A stretch of DNA of 64,000 nt from Limisphaerales bacterium (GTDB lineage Bacteria; Verrucomicrobiota; Verrucomicrobiia; Limisphaerales; UBA8199), in assembly GCA_044223735.1 (NCBI GenBank), contig JBGALR010000003.1, forward strand, positions 183,038 to 247,037, read 5' to 3'. Under the pieces are notes generated by a model. The model ran no database searches. It saw only the letters and a program-made list of their open reading frames with translations, and was not told the DNA's origin. Shown piece by piece: positions 36,689 through 45,523 of the stretch; the stretch's first letter is position 1, and each line of letters opens with the position of its first letter. The position numbers and the translations under genes were made by a program.

Positions 36689-37156
36689 TCACCCCTGTGC
36701 TTTCGGGTCGGACGATGCTTTCAGATCGTCGACGAGCTTCCGCACGAGTTCATCAATGTCGCCCAGGGTCTGCTCTGGCGATGCCTGATCGAGGTCATGC
36801 ACGTGCCAGTAGGTGACGCGATGCTCCCACTCAGGAAAATTCGCCCGCATCAACGCACGATGCTCCGCCTCCTTCAATGCGATTACGAGGGTGGCGGACG
36901 TTAAATCCTCCAGTGTAACCTGGCGTGGAAACGGCAGGGGATCGGTATGTGGGATCGCGCGCTGTTTGAACGCTTCCAGCGTCAGGGGAGAAAGCGGGCC
37001 CACATTTTTGGTGCGGGTCACATCGATTTTTAAACCACCTGATTCAGCGCGCCACTGCGGCGCCCGGTCAGCGACGAGTTGATTGAAAAGTCCTTCCGCA
37101 TACCGGCTGCGATAATAATTGCCGCTGCATAAAAATAATACTGTTCTGACATTCAT
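36689..37156 (-). CDS. Low-molecular-weight protein-tyrosine phosphatase / ArsC-like
   Basis: ATG at 37156. 'VLFLCSGNYYRSR' is the CX5R(S) P-loop. Confidence 0.8.
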   Translation of the reverse strand: MNVRTVLFLCSGNYYRSRYAEGLFNQLVADRAPQWRAESGGLKIDVTRTKNVGPLSPLTLEAFKQRAIPHTDPLPFPRQVTLEDLTSATLVIALKEAEHRALMRANFPEWEHRVTYWHVHDLDQASPEQTLGDIDELVRKLVDDLKASSDPKAQG

Positions 37157-37245
37157 CGTGAGCGCTAAAAATATAGGCAATTACGGCCGGGTTGACGATT
37201 GAAGAATTTGGCGGGGATTGAAATTTCAAAAGTTTGAGGATCGCA

Positions 37246-37863
37246 CTAATTCAGGCGATCAACATGCAGGTCGTTCTTGGTGACCTTGCCATCGGTCACG
37301 TTTACCCATACCTCGCCGATTTCCTTGTCCCGTATGGAATCGCCGATCTTGTTCGCCCATAGTTTAACCTTCCAAACGATCTCACCCCGCCCGCCGATTC
37401 CGAGCACGCCCTCGCCCACGCGATCCAGCTTGAGCTGGCTGGCGGTCAGTTTGATGTTTTTGAGCACCGATTCTTTTAACGCCGTTTGCAGTGCCTGATT
37501 TGAATCAACTTTCAACTTCCCCCGATCCAAAGGCTGGTCGGCGCCAGAAATGGGTTCCAACAAACGCAGTGGTCTGGAAACATCCACCATTTTTCCACCG
37601 GAGAATTTTACCTCGGCCGCTTTGAGCGCCGCCGTGGGATCGTAAAAAACCACATACCAGACTTTCGGCGTGAGGCCACCGACAGATTTTTCGGAACGAA
37701 GTTGCACCACTTTATCCTTCGCCTGCTCGCCGACATAGCGATTGCCTTCGGTGATTAACTCGAAAGCGGTCGGTTCAGCGGCGAAGGCGATGGACAGAAC
37801 ATTTCCGGCAACAGCGCTCAGCAGGAGCAAAGCACGCGCGATTGACTTATTCTGATTGGTCAT
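37246..37863 (-). CDS. Secreted protein with PepSY-like repeats
   Basis: ATG at 37863. Signal peptide 'ARALLLLSAVAGNVLSIAFA'. Two units ending '...VWYVVFYD' and '...VWVNVTDGKV'. Confidence 0.4.
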   Translation of the reverse strand: MTNQNKSIARALLLLSAVAGNVLSIAFAAEPTAFELITEGNRYVGEQAKDKVVQLRSEKSVGGLTPKVWYVVFYDPTAALKAAEVKFSGGKMVDVSRPLRLLEPISGADQPLDRGKLKVDSNQALQTALKESVLKNIKLTASQLKLDRVGEGVLGIGGRGEIVWKVKLWANKIGDSIRDKEIGEVWVNVTDGKVTKNDLHVDRLN

Positions 37864-37950
37864 AACGCAATATAGCGCATGTGCCGATGCTCGCAATTCG
37901 CAGATTGGCGGCTTGTGGGGAATCAGCGCGGGACGCATACTTTAACGGCA

Positions 37951-39162
37951 ATGATGTTTTATGATGTGGTGATCGTGGGCGGCGGCCCGGCCGGTTCGAC
38001 TCTGGGAGCGTTGCTCGGTAGGGCCGGTTTTTCGGTGGCGATCATTGAGCGTGAAACTTTTCCCCGGTATCATATCGGCGAGTCTTTGTTGCCGGAAGTG
38101 CTGGATGTATTGGAGGAGTCAGGCGCATTGCCGCTCGTGGAGAAGGCCGGGTTTCTCCGGAAGGAAGGCGGGGTTTTCCGGTGGGGCACAAATCCAGAGC
38201 CTTGGACCTTTCATTTCGACGAAGCAAAGGAGCGCTATCGATTTACATACGCCTATCAGGTCATTCGTTCCGAGTTCGATACCATTTTGCTGGATCATGC
38301 TCGCGCTTCGGGAGTGACGGTTTTTGAAAATCACGTGGCGCGTGATTTTTCTGAATGCCCCAATGGTGATGGCGAACCGTCGGGCGGAAAAGTGATGGCG
38401 ACGGCTCAGAATGGTGAATCCATCGAACTCACGGCGCGGATCGTTGCGGATTGTTCCGGCCAGGCGGGCTGGCTGGCGAACAAATTCAAGCTCCGGAAGT
38501 ATGATCCGTTTCTGAGAAATGTGGCCGTCTTTGCCTACTATCGCGACGCGTCGCGCCTGGTCGGGCGTGATGAGAACGCGATATTCTGCGAGGCGATGGA
38601 GTTGGGCTGGTTTTGGAATATCCCGCTCCACGATGGCACGAACAGCGTGGGGCTGATTACAAAAGCTGAACTGGCTCCGGCCAGTGACGACCGTGCCGCG
38701 TTCTACGAGGCGGCAATTCAGAAAAGTGTTTACACGAAAAAAATGCTCTCGTCTGCCCGCAGGGTGACGGACGTGCGTTGCATCGCCGATTATTCTTTTC
38801 GGCCCACGCGATTAACCGGCCCCGGTTATGTGTTGGTGGGTGACGCGGGCAATTTCATCGATCCCATCTGGTCCACGGGCATCATGCTCGCCACGACCGG
38901 CGCGCGCCTGGCGGCGCGGGCGATCAAGGAGTCATTTGAAAGCGGCTCCAGCGAGCCCCTGGCTCGATACGAAAAAGCCGCTCAAACAGTGGTGAGCCGT
39001 TATCGACATTTCATTTATTATTTCTACAAAACCAATGCCACGCCCGATAATTATTTCTGGGAAGCGTATTCGGTGGTGGGCACGGCGGCGGACCCGCGCG
39101 ACGCCTTCATCCGCCTGATCTCGGGCCGGCTGGGGTTGCAGGCCGAGACGGCGACGGCGTAA
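37951..39162 (+). CDS. Flavin-dependent halogenase (tryptophan-halogenase family)
   Basis: ATG at 37951. 'YDVVIVGGGPAGS' (GxGxxG), 'GWFWNIPL' (WxWxIP), 'FIDPIWSTGI', and a candidate catalytic Lys in 'GFLRKEGGVFRWG'. Confidence 0.7.
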   Translation: MMFYDVVIVGGGPAGSTLGALLGRAGFSVAIIERETFPRYHIGESLLPEVLDVLEESGALPLVEKAGFLRKEGGVFRWGTNPEPWTFHFDEAKERYRFTYAYQVIRSEFDTILLDHARASGVTVFENHVARDFSECPNGDGEPSGGKVMATAQNGESIELTARIVADCSGQAGWLANKFKLRKYDPFLRNVAVFAYYRDASRLVGRDENAIFCEAMELGWFWNIPLHDGTNSVGLITKAELAPASDDRAAFYEAAIQKSVYTKKMLSSARRVTDVRCIADYSFRPTRLTGPGYVLVGDAGNFIDPIWSTGIMLATTGARLAARAIKESFESGSSEPLARYEKAAQTVVSRYRHFIYYFYKTNATPDNYFWEAYSVVGTAADPRDAFIRLISGRLGLQAETATA

Positions 39163-39164
39163 GC

Positions 39165-39443
39165 TTAATTCGATTTCACCGCGTTCGCGCTGGTGAGGGC
39201 AGCCGCAATGCTGTCCACAGACAGGAAAACCTTTCGCGCGATTTCCGGGTCGGTGATTTTGAAGCCGAAAGTTTTGTCGAGGGCAACCACGAGTTGGAGG
39301 GCGTCGACCGAATCCAGCCCCAGGCCATCGGGACCAAACAGTGGCTTGTCGTCCTCAATTTCATCGGCAGTTACCTGAAGCATCAGGTTTTCGACGATCA
39401 GGCTTTTAAGCTGTTTCTTGAGCGCTGCGTTATTTTCCATCAA
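39165..39443 (-). CDS. Acyl carrier protein
   Basis: 92 aa. 'LGLDSVDALQLVVAL' is the phosphopantetheine Ser motif. Confidence 0.9.
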   Translation of the reverse strand: MMENNAALKKQLKSLIVENLMLQVTADEIEDDKPLFGPDGLGLDSVDALQLVVALDKTFGFKITDPEIARKVFLSVDSIAAALTSANAVKSN

Positions 39444-40171
39444 AAAATTCCACCATCTATTTTGAGGACCGAGCCTGTGATATATGCTGCGTCGTCACAA
39501 GCCAAAAACCGGATCGCCGCCGCCACTTCGCCGGGCTTGCCGAGGCGGCGCATGGGAATCCGTGCTTCCGCGGCTTTGCGTTCGTCCGCTGACCAGCGGG
39601 CCAGCGAAGCGGTGTCAATGTAGCCCGGGCAAATGGCGTTGACGGTAATGCCAATGCGCGCGACTTCCTTTGCCAGCGATTGAGTCATCGCCACCACTCC
39701 TGCTTTGGCCGCCGCGTAATTTGTCTGGCCGGCGGGCGCGAGCAGGGCGCTGAGTGAAGCAACATTGATGATGCGCCCATGACGCTGACTGATCATGGCC
39801 GGCAAGACCACCTGGCAACCATGGAAAACGCTGTTGAGATTCGTGGCGAGCGTTTCGTCCCAGACTGCGGGCGGCATGGCGCCGAGCAACATATCCTTGT
39901 GCGCGCCGGCGCTGTTGACGAGCACATCGATGCGCGTATCGGCGGCGATAATTGCGTTCACGGCCTCGGTCCATGCTGCGGGAGAAGTCACATCCAGCGT
40001 GATGCAACGGCATCGTTCTGAAAACTCCTGTGCCAACACTTCGGCCTGGTCGCGTCGCTGATTTAAACCGAGCCAGAGGTAATTCTCCGAACTTTCCGTG
40101 AGAAAAGCACGTGCGGCGGCGAGCCCAATGCCACCGTTTCCGCCGGTGATTAGGATAACGCGCTTGCTCAT
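39440..40171 (-). CDS. 3-oxoacyl-ACP reductase (SDR, FabG-like)
   Basis: 'ILITGGNGGIGLAAARAF', 'NSAG', 'NYAAAKAG' (YxxxK). Confidence 0.9.
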   Translation of the reverse strand: MSKRVILITGGNGGIGLAAARAFLTESSENYLWLGLNQRRDQAEVLAQEFSERCRCITLDVTSPAAWTEAVNAIIAADTRIDVLVNSAGAHKDMLLGAMPPAVWDETLATNLNSVFHGCQVVLPAMISQRHGRIINVASLSALLAPAGQTNYAAAKAGVVAMTQSLAKEVARIGITVNAICPGYIDTASLARWSADERKAAEARIPMRRLGKPGEVAAAIRFLACDDAAYITGSVLKIDGGIF

Positions 40172-41205
40172 GGCAGCTGGTTGGGAGCCTTGATGAAACG
40201 CGCGCCGATGGCTTGCTGATTGGTGCCCATCACGCTGAGGTTAGCTGCTGAAGACTGACCTGCCAAGATGGCATCCACAGCGGCGGCACATTGCCAGGCG
40301 GCGGCGGCGACCATCCCTTCACCGAGGACTCGCCGGACGCTCAATCTCGGCCCGCTCCAGTCAGGCCACGCGGATTGCTCGGCTTTGTCGGTTGTGAAAT
40401 TTCCGGCGCTACTGTCGCAAAGCAAATCGGTCACTGCGACCGATGGCAGTTCCCGGCGCACATTTTTCGCGGCGTCGCTGCGACTGACGCGGCTCGAATA
40501 AGTATGCGCGTTGGTGATCGCCTGCACCTCCACGCCACAGGATAATTCTGAATCCCGCACCAACGCCACCGCGCCCGCCCCGGCGCTCAGAACGGCCGAG
40601 CGTTCCAAATGCCACAGCGCATCGGCCAGCACCCAGTTGATTTCTTCGGCGCCGATGACAAGGGCAACATCTATTCGATTGTCCAACAACCACTCGGCGC
40701 CCATGGCAAGGCCTTGAAGAAAATTCGCTGAGTCGCCGATCAACGTGTTAAGCAGGGGTGTCTCCGGCAGGAGAGCCGCCACGCTGCTGCCCAGTGCGGC
40801 GAAAACGGTTTCCGGAAAGAGCAAGGGGCTGGCGGTCGCCGGGTCCTTCAAGACCTCTTCAAAAAAGCGGCACGAATAATGAACGCAACCGCCGTCCAGA
40901 CACATCACCACACCAATGCGGGGCGCAGGCTGTCCGCGCTCTTTGAGCGGCGCCATCGCTTCAAGCGCGGCTGCGGCGGCATAGTGTGTGATGGGGCTGG
41001 TTCGCCGCAACCGTGGATGCGCAAGAAATGCCGGGCGCGTGGCCGGCTCGGGCACTGGGCGACATTCGAGTGGTGCGGCACGACCGGGTCGATCCAGGGC
41101 GCGGGCGGGCAGAAGGTCTCCCGTTCGCAGCGCTTCGCGCAAGGCGGTCATTCCCCAGCCCGCTGGCGATACCGCCCCCACTCCTCCCACAAAAATACGG
41201 CTCAT
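40168..41205 (-). CDS. Ketosynthase-like chain-length-factor subunit (active-site Cys replaced)
   Basis: ATG at 41205, with an ATGA overlap with the KS stop. 'NTLIGDSANFLQGLAMGAEWL' aligns with the KS 'IISNACASGSDAIGHAWEWI', putting Ser in place of Cys. No HGTGT motif. Confidence 0.7.
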   Translation of the reverse strand: MSRIFVGGVGAVSPAGWGMTALREALRTGDLLPARALDRPGRAAPLECRPVPEPATRPAFLAHPRLRRTSPITHYAAAAALEAMAPLKERGQPAPRIGVVMCLDGGCVHYSCRFFEEVLKDPATASPLLFPETVFAALGSSVAALLPETPLLNTLIGDSANFLQGLAMGAEWLLDNRIDVALVIGAEEINWVLADALWHLERSAVLSAGAGAVALVRDSELSCGVEVQAITNAHTYSSRVSRSDAAKNVRRELPSVAVTDLLCDSSAGNFTTDKAEQSAWPDWSGPRLSVRRVLGEGMVAAAAWQCAAAVDAILAGQSSAANLSVMGTNQQAIGARFIKAPNQLP

Positions 41206-42440
41206 GTCCACCTCCGAAAAATGAGGGTGGCATTCACGCCGCCGAATCCAAACGAGTTGGAGAGAACCTGATTTACCCGCGCCGATTGCGGTTCGGTCAC
41301 GAGCGGAAAAGCGCAAGCGGTGTCCGGCTTTGCCAGCCCGATTTCCGGGGGCAGCCATTGCTCGCGCAACGCCATCAGGCAAACGGCCGCTTCAACGGCG
41401 CCGGCGGCACCGAGCAAATGGCCGATCGATGATTTGGAAGAACTGACCGGCAGCGTGGTCACGCGGTCACCCGCCCAGCGACCGATGGCGATGGCTTCCG
41501 CCGCGTCGTTGAGCGGCGTGCCGGTGCCATGCGCGTTGACATAGTCGATGTCGGCCGGTGTTGCGCGCGCCGCTTCGCAAGCGAGGGTCATGGAAGCCAG
41601 CGCGGCATTACCCTGGGGATGCGGTTGCGTCAGGTGATGGCGGTCCACCGACTGGCCATAGCCAACTACCTCGCCCAAAATCTCCGCGCCACGCCGTTGG
41701 GCGTGCTCGAGCGATTCGAGCGTGAATGCGGCAGCGCCTTCGCCTAACAACATTCCATCGCGCGAGGCGTCGAAAGGCCGGCAAGTGGTGGGAGAAAGCA
41801 ATTGCAACGAATCGAAGCCCGCGAACACGAGTTCTGTGTGGGCGTCGTATCCACCGGTCAACACCCGATCGGCCGACCCGCGCCGAATCCATTCCCAGGC
41901 GTGTCCAATGGCATCACTGCCTGAGGCGCAGGCGTTGGAGATGATTCGGATCGAGCCACCTGCGCCAAGCGCGTCCGCCACCATGCGCGCCTGTGTGTTC
42001 GCTTGATAGATCATCGCGCGTTTCGCCTGTTTACGATGGCGGTTGGGAGCGGTCAGCGCCTGACGAAAATAGCTCTCGCCTTCGGTCATGCCGCCAGCGG
42101 TAGTGCCGACAATAGTCGGAATGTCTTCACCTGCTGCCCAGCCGGATTGGTTCCAAGCTTCGTAAGCGGCCAGCAAAAACATTTTTCCCGCTCGATCCAG
42201 TCGTGCGGTGTGCCGTTCCCTCAATTTGGTTTTGGGAAGTGCAGGGGGCAGCGATACTTGCGCCGCAAGCTTCACGCGCTGACGACTGACATCAAATAAA
42301 GTGACCGGCGTGAAATTGCTTCGTCCCGCGCGAAACCCCTCCGCGCTTTGCTTCCATCCCGCGCCAAGACTGGTAATAACGCCTGCACCCGTCACGACGA
42401 CGCGTCGTGGCAGGGCAGAACGGGCGATGGGGAACAACAT
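41202..42440 (-). CDS. Beta-ketoacyl-ACP synthase (FabF-like KS)
   Basis: 'ISNACASGSDAIG' (Cys), 'NAHGTGTPLND' (His), 'SSIGHLLGAAG' (His), 'SNSFGFGGVNATLIF'. Confidence 0.92.
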   Translation of the reverse strand: MLFPIARSALPRRVVVTGAGVITSLGAGWKQSAEGFRAGRSNFTPVTLFDVSRQRVKLAAQVSLPPALPKTKLRERHTARLDRAGKMFLLAAYEAWNQSGWAAGEDIPTIVGTTAGGMTEGESYFRQALTAPNRHRKQAKRAMIYQANTQARMVADALGAGGSIRIISNACASGSDAIGHAWEWIRRGSADRVLTGGYDAHTELVFAGFDSLQLLSPTTCRPFDASRDGMLLGEGAAAFTLESLEHAQRRGAEILGEVVGYGQSVDRHHLTQPHPQGNAALASMTLACEAARATPADIDYVNAHGTGTPLNDAAEAIAIGRWAGDRVTTLPVSSSKSSIGHLLGAAGAVEAAVCLMALREQWLPPEIGLAKPDTACAFPLVTEPQSARVNQVLSNSFGFGGVNATLIFRRWT

Positions 42441-42529
42441 GGTCTGGACAAAGTTGCGGCCGAACTATCGCGAAAAGAGTTCAGGCCAAAAAAGCGGCCA
42501 GCAAGTATGAACGCGAATACCCATGGCCA

Positions 42530-43555
42530 CTATCCGGTCATGGCCAGAGGAACTGGAGGAGTCACCATGTCAGTTTGTTGATAGTAATCCGCCAGGCTTT
42601 GGAGGGAGGGCACCAAGTCTGCCTCGGAAAGCGCATTGAGAACGCGTTCCTCGTTCATGATGAAGCGATCGCGTTTGTAGATCAGATAGTCCTGCTGCAA
42701 CGGTTGCGGCGTGAGATTCATCGTGACCAGGTTGGCTCCTGCACGAAGCCCGTTGACGTAGCCGTTGGCGGGTTGCGCCAGGTTCAGCGCGCTGACGGCG
42801 GGAATCACCCAGCCGGGCTTCATCAGGCGGAGGGCGGCCATGCAATTCAAAGTTTTTTCGGCTGACCCCGAAATCTCCCCGCCCAGCGGGGTTGGTTCGC
42901 CCGGGATGAAAGGACTCACGCTCACGCCTTGAAGCGGCAACTCGGCGGCGAGCCGGCAATTCTCCTGCAACTGTTCATCAGTTTGTTCCGGCAGGCCGGC
43001 AATGAAACCGGAACTGACATTCCAGCCGGTATCGGCCAGATGACGAATATGCTGCAAGCGTTCGTCAAGATTTCCCGGCGCTTCGTAACGATCGTACGCG
43101 GTGGGATCGGCGGTTTCGAATTTTAAAATGTAAACCGAGGCGCCGGCTGCCTTCAGTTCCGCGTACAGCTCGCGGTCATGCGTGCCCAGACAAACGCTGA
43201 GCCCGAGCGGGGTTTCGCGCCGTAAAGTGCGGAGCAGGGGGATGACAATTTCGCGAACGGCCAAAGGATCTTCGCCGGTCTGGATGTTGACATCAGTCAC
43301 CGAGGCGGGACGATGGTGGATGAGCAATTCGGCGATGTCTTCGCGCAGAGCCCGCGAGCGTTGAAGCTCGCGATTATCGCGGCGCATGCCGCAGTAATGG
43401 CAGTTTTCCCGGCAAAAATTGGAAACCTCAACGACTGCCCGCACGAAAACTCGATTACCAAATATTTCGCGCGCGGTTGCTGCGGCGCGCTCGTGCAAAA
43501 GCTCTTTTTCGGTGCCCCACGCTGAAAGTTGCGCGGTGGTTGGAATGTTCCACAT
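42530..43555 (-). CDS. Radical SAM enzyme, HydE/PylB/BioB-like subfamily
   Basis: 'VVEVSNFCRENCHYCGMRRDN' (CxxxCxxC in the HydE/PylB-type context). Length fits a TIM barrel. 'GFIAGLPEQT'. Confidence 0.8.
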   Translation of the reverse strand: MWNIPTTAQLSAWGTEKELLHERAAATAREIFGNRVFVRAVVEVSNFCRENCHYCGMRRDNRELQRSRALREDIAELLIHHRPASVTDVNIQTGEDPLAVREIVIPLLRTLRRETPLGLSVCLGTHDRELYAELKAAGASVYILKFETADPTAYDRYEAPGNLDERLQHIRHLADTGWNVSSGFIAGLPEQTDEQLQENCRLAAELPLQGVSVSPFIPGEPTPLGGEISGSAEKTLNCMAALRLMKPGWVIPAVSALNLAQPANGYVNGLRAGANLVTMNLTPQPLQQDYLIYKRDRFIMNEERVLNALSEADLVPSLQSLADYYQQTDMVTPPVPLAMTG

Positions 43556-43606
43556 CTACATTTAAGATAGAAAAGGAATGGTGTATTGGCAAACGCAATT
43601 CCCCGG

Positions 43607-44401
43607 ATGCAAATCCCAAACCGAAGTGGATTTGTTTCGTCTTTGTCTAAAATTCGGTATCTTTTTCGCGTGGACTGGAATCATTCAGTTGTGGCTGTCA
43701 TTCCGTGCTTTAACGAAGCGCGAGGCATCCGAGCTTTGGTCGAACAGGTACGTAAACATGTCGCAACCGTAATCGTCGTCGACGACGGTTCAAACGATTC
43801 CACGTCGAAAGAGGCCGTCGCCGGCGGTGCGAAAGTGCTACGCCACGGACAGAATCTTGGCAAAGGCATGGCGCTGAAAACTGGCCTTTCGGCGGCTGAT
43901 GACGCCGGGTTTCGCCACGCAATGCTGCTCGACGGCGATGGGCAGCATGCGGCGCAAAGTATCCCGGCCATGTTCGCGTGCCTGGAATCAACGGGCGCGA
44001 TCTTGGTAGTGGGCAATCGCATGCAAAACGCGGCGCGAATGTCATGGTTGCGGCGGCGCGTGAATTCGTGGATGAGCCGGGAAATCTCCCGCCTCGCCAG
44101 GAGAACGATGCCTGACACGCAATGTGGTTTTCGTCTCGTCAATCTCGAGGTGTGGCGGAGTTTGAATTTGCGCACGGCTCGCTTTGAGGTGGAGTCCGAA
44201 ATGATTGTTCGCTTCGCGGAACGTGGTCATCGCATCGAATTCGTGCCCATCCAAACGGTGCCTGGGGTCCGGCCAAGTTACATAAGCCCGGTGAGTGATA
44301 CGTGGCGATGGTTTCGTTGGCGGTGGGCGGTGCGTTCGCTTGCATCGGAGCGGGATGTGCATTCTCCACCGAAACAAAATCCGTCGGCGGTCCGGCGATG
44401 A
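43607..44401 (+). CDS. Glycosyltransferase family 2 (polyprenyl-phosphate glycosyltransferase-like)
   Basis: 'VAVIPCFNEARGI', 'VIVVDDGSNDST', 'LLDGDGQH'. ATG at 43607; the ORF also opens at TTG 43586. Confidence 0.8.
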   Translation: MQIPNRSGFVSSLSKIRYLFRVDWNHSVVAVIPCFNEARGIRALVEQVRKHVATVIVVDDGSNDSTSKEAVAGGAKVLRHGQNLGKGMALKTGLSAADDAGFRHAMLLDGDGQHAAQSIPAMFACLESTGAILVVGNRMQNAARMSWLRRRVNSWMSREISRLARRTMPDTQCGFRLVNLEVWRSLNLRTARFEVESEMIVRFAERGHRIEFVPIQTVPGVRPSYISPVSDTWRWFRWRWAVRSLASERDVHSPPKQNPSAVRR

Positions 44402-44784
44402 GCACGCCACCCGAAAACCTGCCTTCGAGCCGGAAAAGCTGGCTGGCCATTATCGCCAAAAAAGCGATATCGTTGGTGGTGGCTGGTATCATCCTGGGTT
44501 GGGCGTATCAATGGGTGTCAGCGCGGTTTTATCGGGACGATCAAACGGCGGGCTTTTGGTATGGCACGCTGCACGGGGCTTGCATGCCTGCGGCATTGCC
44601 GAGTTTGTTGATGGGAAAAGACGTTCCGATTTTTGCGCCGCGCAATTCCGGACGTGGTTACAAACTTGGCTATATCGCAGGCATCAATTTGTGCGGCCTG
44701 GTATTTTTTGGCCTCGCGTTTCGATCGGCACGTAGTGAGCGCGCGGCAGAATCTAAAACCACCAATGGCGATACACCTCAATGA
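44398..44784 (+). CDS. Hypothetical small membrane protein
   Basis: ATGA overlap with the GT2 stop. Hydrophobic segments 'ISLVVAGIILGWAY' and 'IAGINLCGLVFFGLAF'. Confidence 0.45.
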   Translation: MSTPPENLPSSRKSWLAIIAKKAISLVVAGIILGWAYQWVSARFYRDDQTAGFWYGTLHGACMPAALPSLLMGKDVPIFAPRNSGRGYKLGYIAGINLCGLVFFGLAFRSARSERAAESKTTNGDTPQ

Positions 44785-45484
44785 TATCCACCGGCCCGCC
44801 TGCCCAGTAATGATTCGGAGGAAAATGAAAAGTCCGGCTGGTGCGGTTGTAGGTCAATTCGCCCGGTCGCTCCGGAATATTTGGATCGTATACTTGAAAC
44901 CGAATTTCCCGATGATCCTCCCTGCGCTGATAAAGGGTGATGCCGTGGTTAATCGTGAGTTCCGGAAATTTCACGACGTGCAAGATGGGATCGGTGCGTT
45001 CCGGCGCCGCGAGGGTGAGGCGCTGCGCGATGCGCGCCTGATGCGCGCGCGAAATGGGAAACACCATCCGCCAATGGCTGCGCAAGACATACGATTGCCA
45101 GGCCCCCCCACAATTGGCCTTGAGCAATCCAGCCTGCGATTCACTAAAGGCCCGCAAGTTCGGATAGCCAGGGATGATAATTCGCTTCGCGGATGTGCTC
45201 GGGTGGCGAGGATTGCGGGCGACCACACGACGGATGAGACTTTGATACTCGCTGGCAGTGGCAGTCGGCAATTGCGGCGCGAAACGCGCGTGATAGAAAA
45301 ACTGTCGCGCCGACCGGACCATGACGAAGCAGCGATGCGCATATTCGGGCGGTGGCTCAGTGCGAAAGGTGTGCATGCTGTCCGTGGCTTCGTCGCGCCG
45401 ATATTGCCAGACCAGTTCGTTGGCGAACGCGAACGTATCGCTCGCAAATTGAAAGCGAACGAATGGTTCGGTGGGCGGCGTCAT
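44753..45484 (-). CDS. Orphan protein with transglutaminase/papain-like Cys-His-Asp pattern
   Basis: ATG at 45484. 'YAHRCFVMVRSARQFF' (Cys), 'LTINHGITLY' (His) and 'FQVYDPN' (Asp) occur in the order and spacing expected of a transglutaminase-like core. Confidence 0.4.
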   Translation of the reverse strand: MTPPTEPFVRFQFASDTFAFANELVWQYRRDEATDSMHTFRTEPPPEYAHRCFVMVRSARQFFYHARFAPQLPTATASEYQSLIRRVVARNPRHPSTSAKRIIIPGYPNLRAFSESQAGLLKANCGGAWQSYVLRSHWRMVFPISRAHQARIAQRLTLAAPERTDPILHVVKFPELTINHGITLYQRREDHREIRFQVYDPNIPERPGELTYNRTSRTFHFPPNHYWAGGPVDIIEVYRHWWF

Positions 45485-45523
45485 GCTTGCGGCAAAATCT
45501 AACGATCCATTGCGAAGGTGCAA

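Noticed and set aside
44633-45502. 289-aa plus-strand ORF
   Set aside because: It is antisense to the Cys-His-Asp protein gene and overlaps the end of the membrane-protein gene. I found no motif. The choice between the two strands is less secure here than elsewhere, and the minus-strand reading was preferred for its composition and its divergent pairing with the ligase gene.
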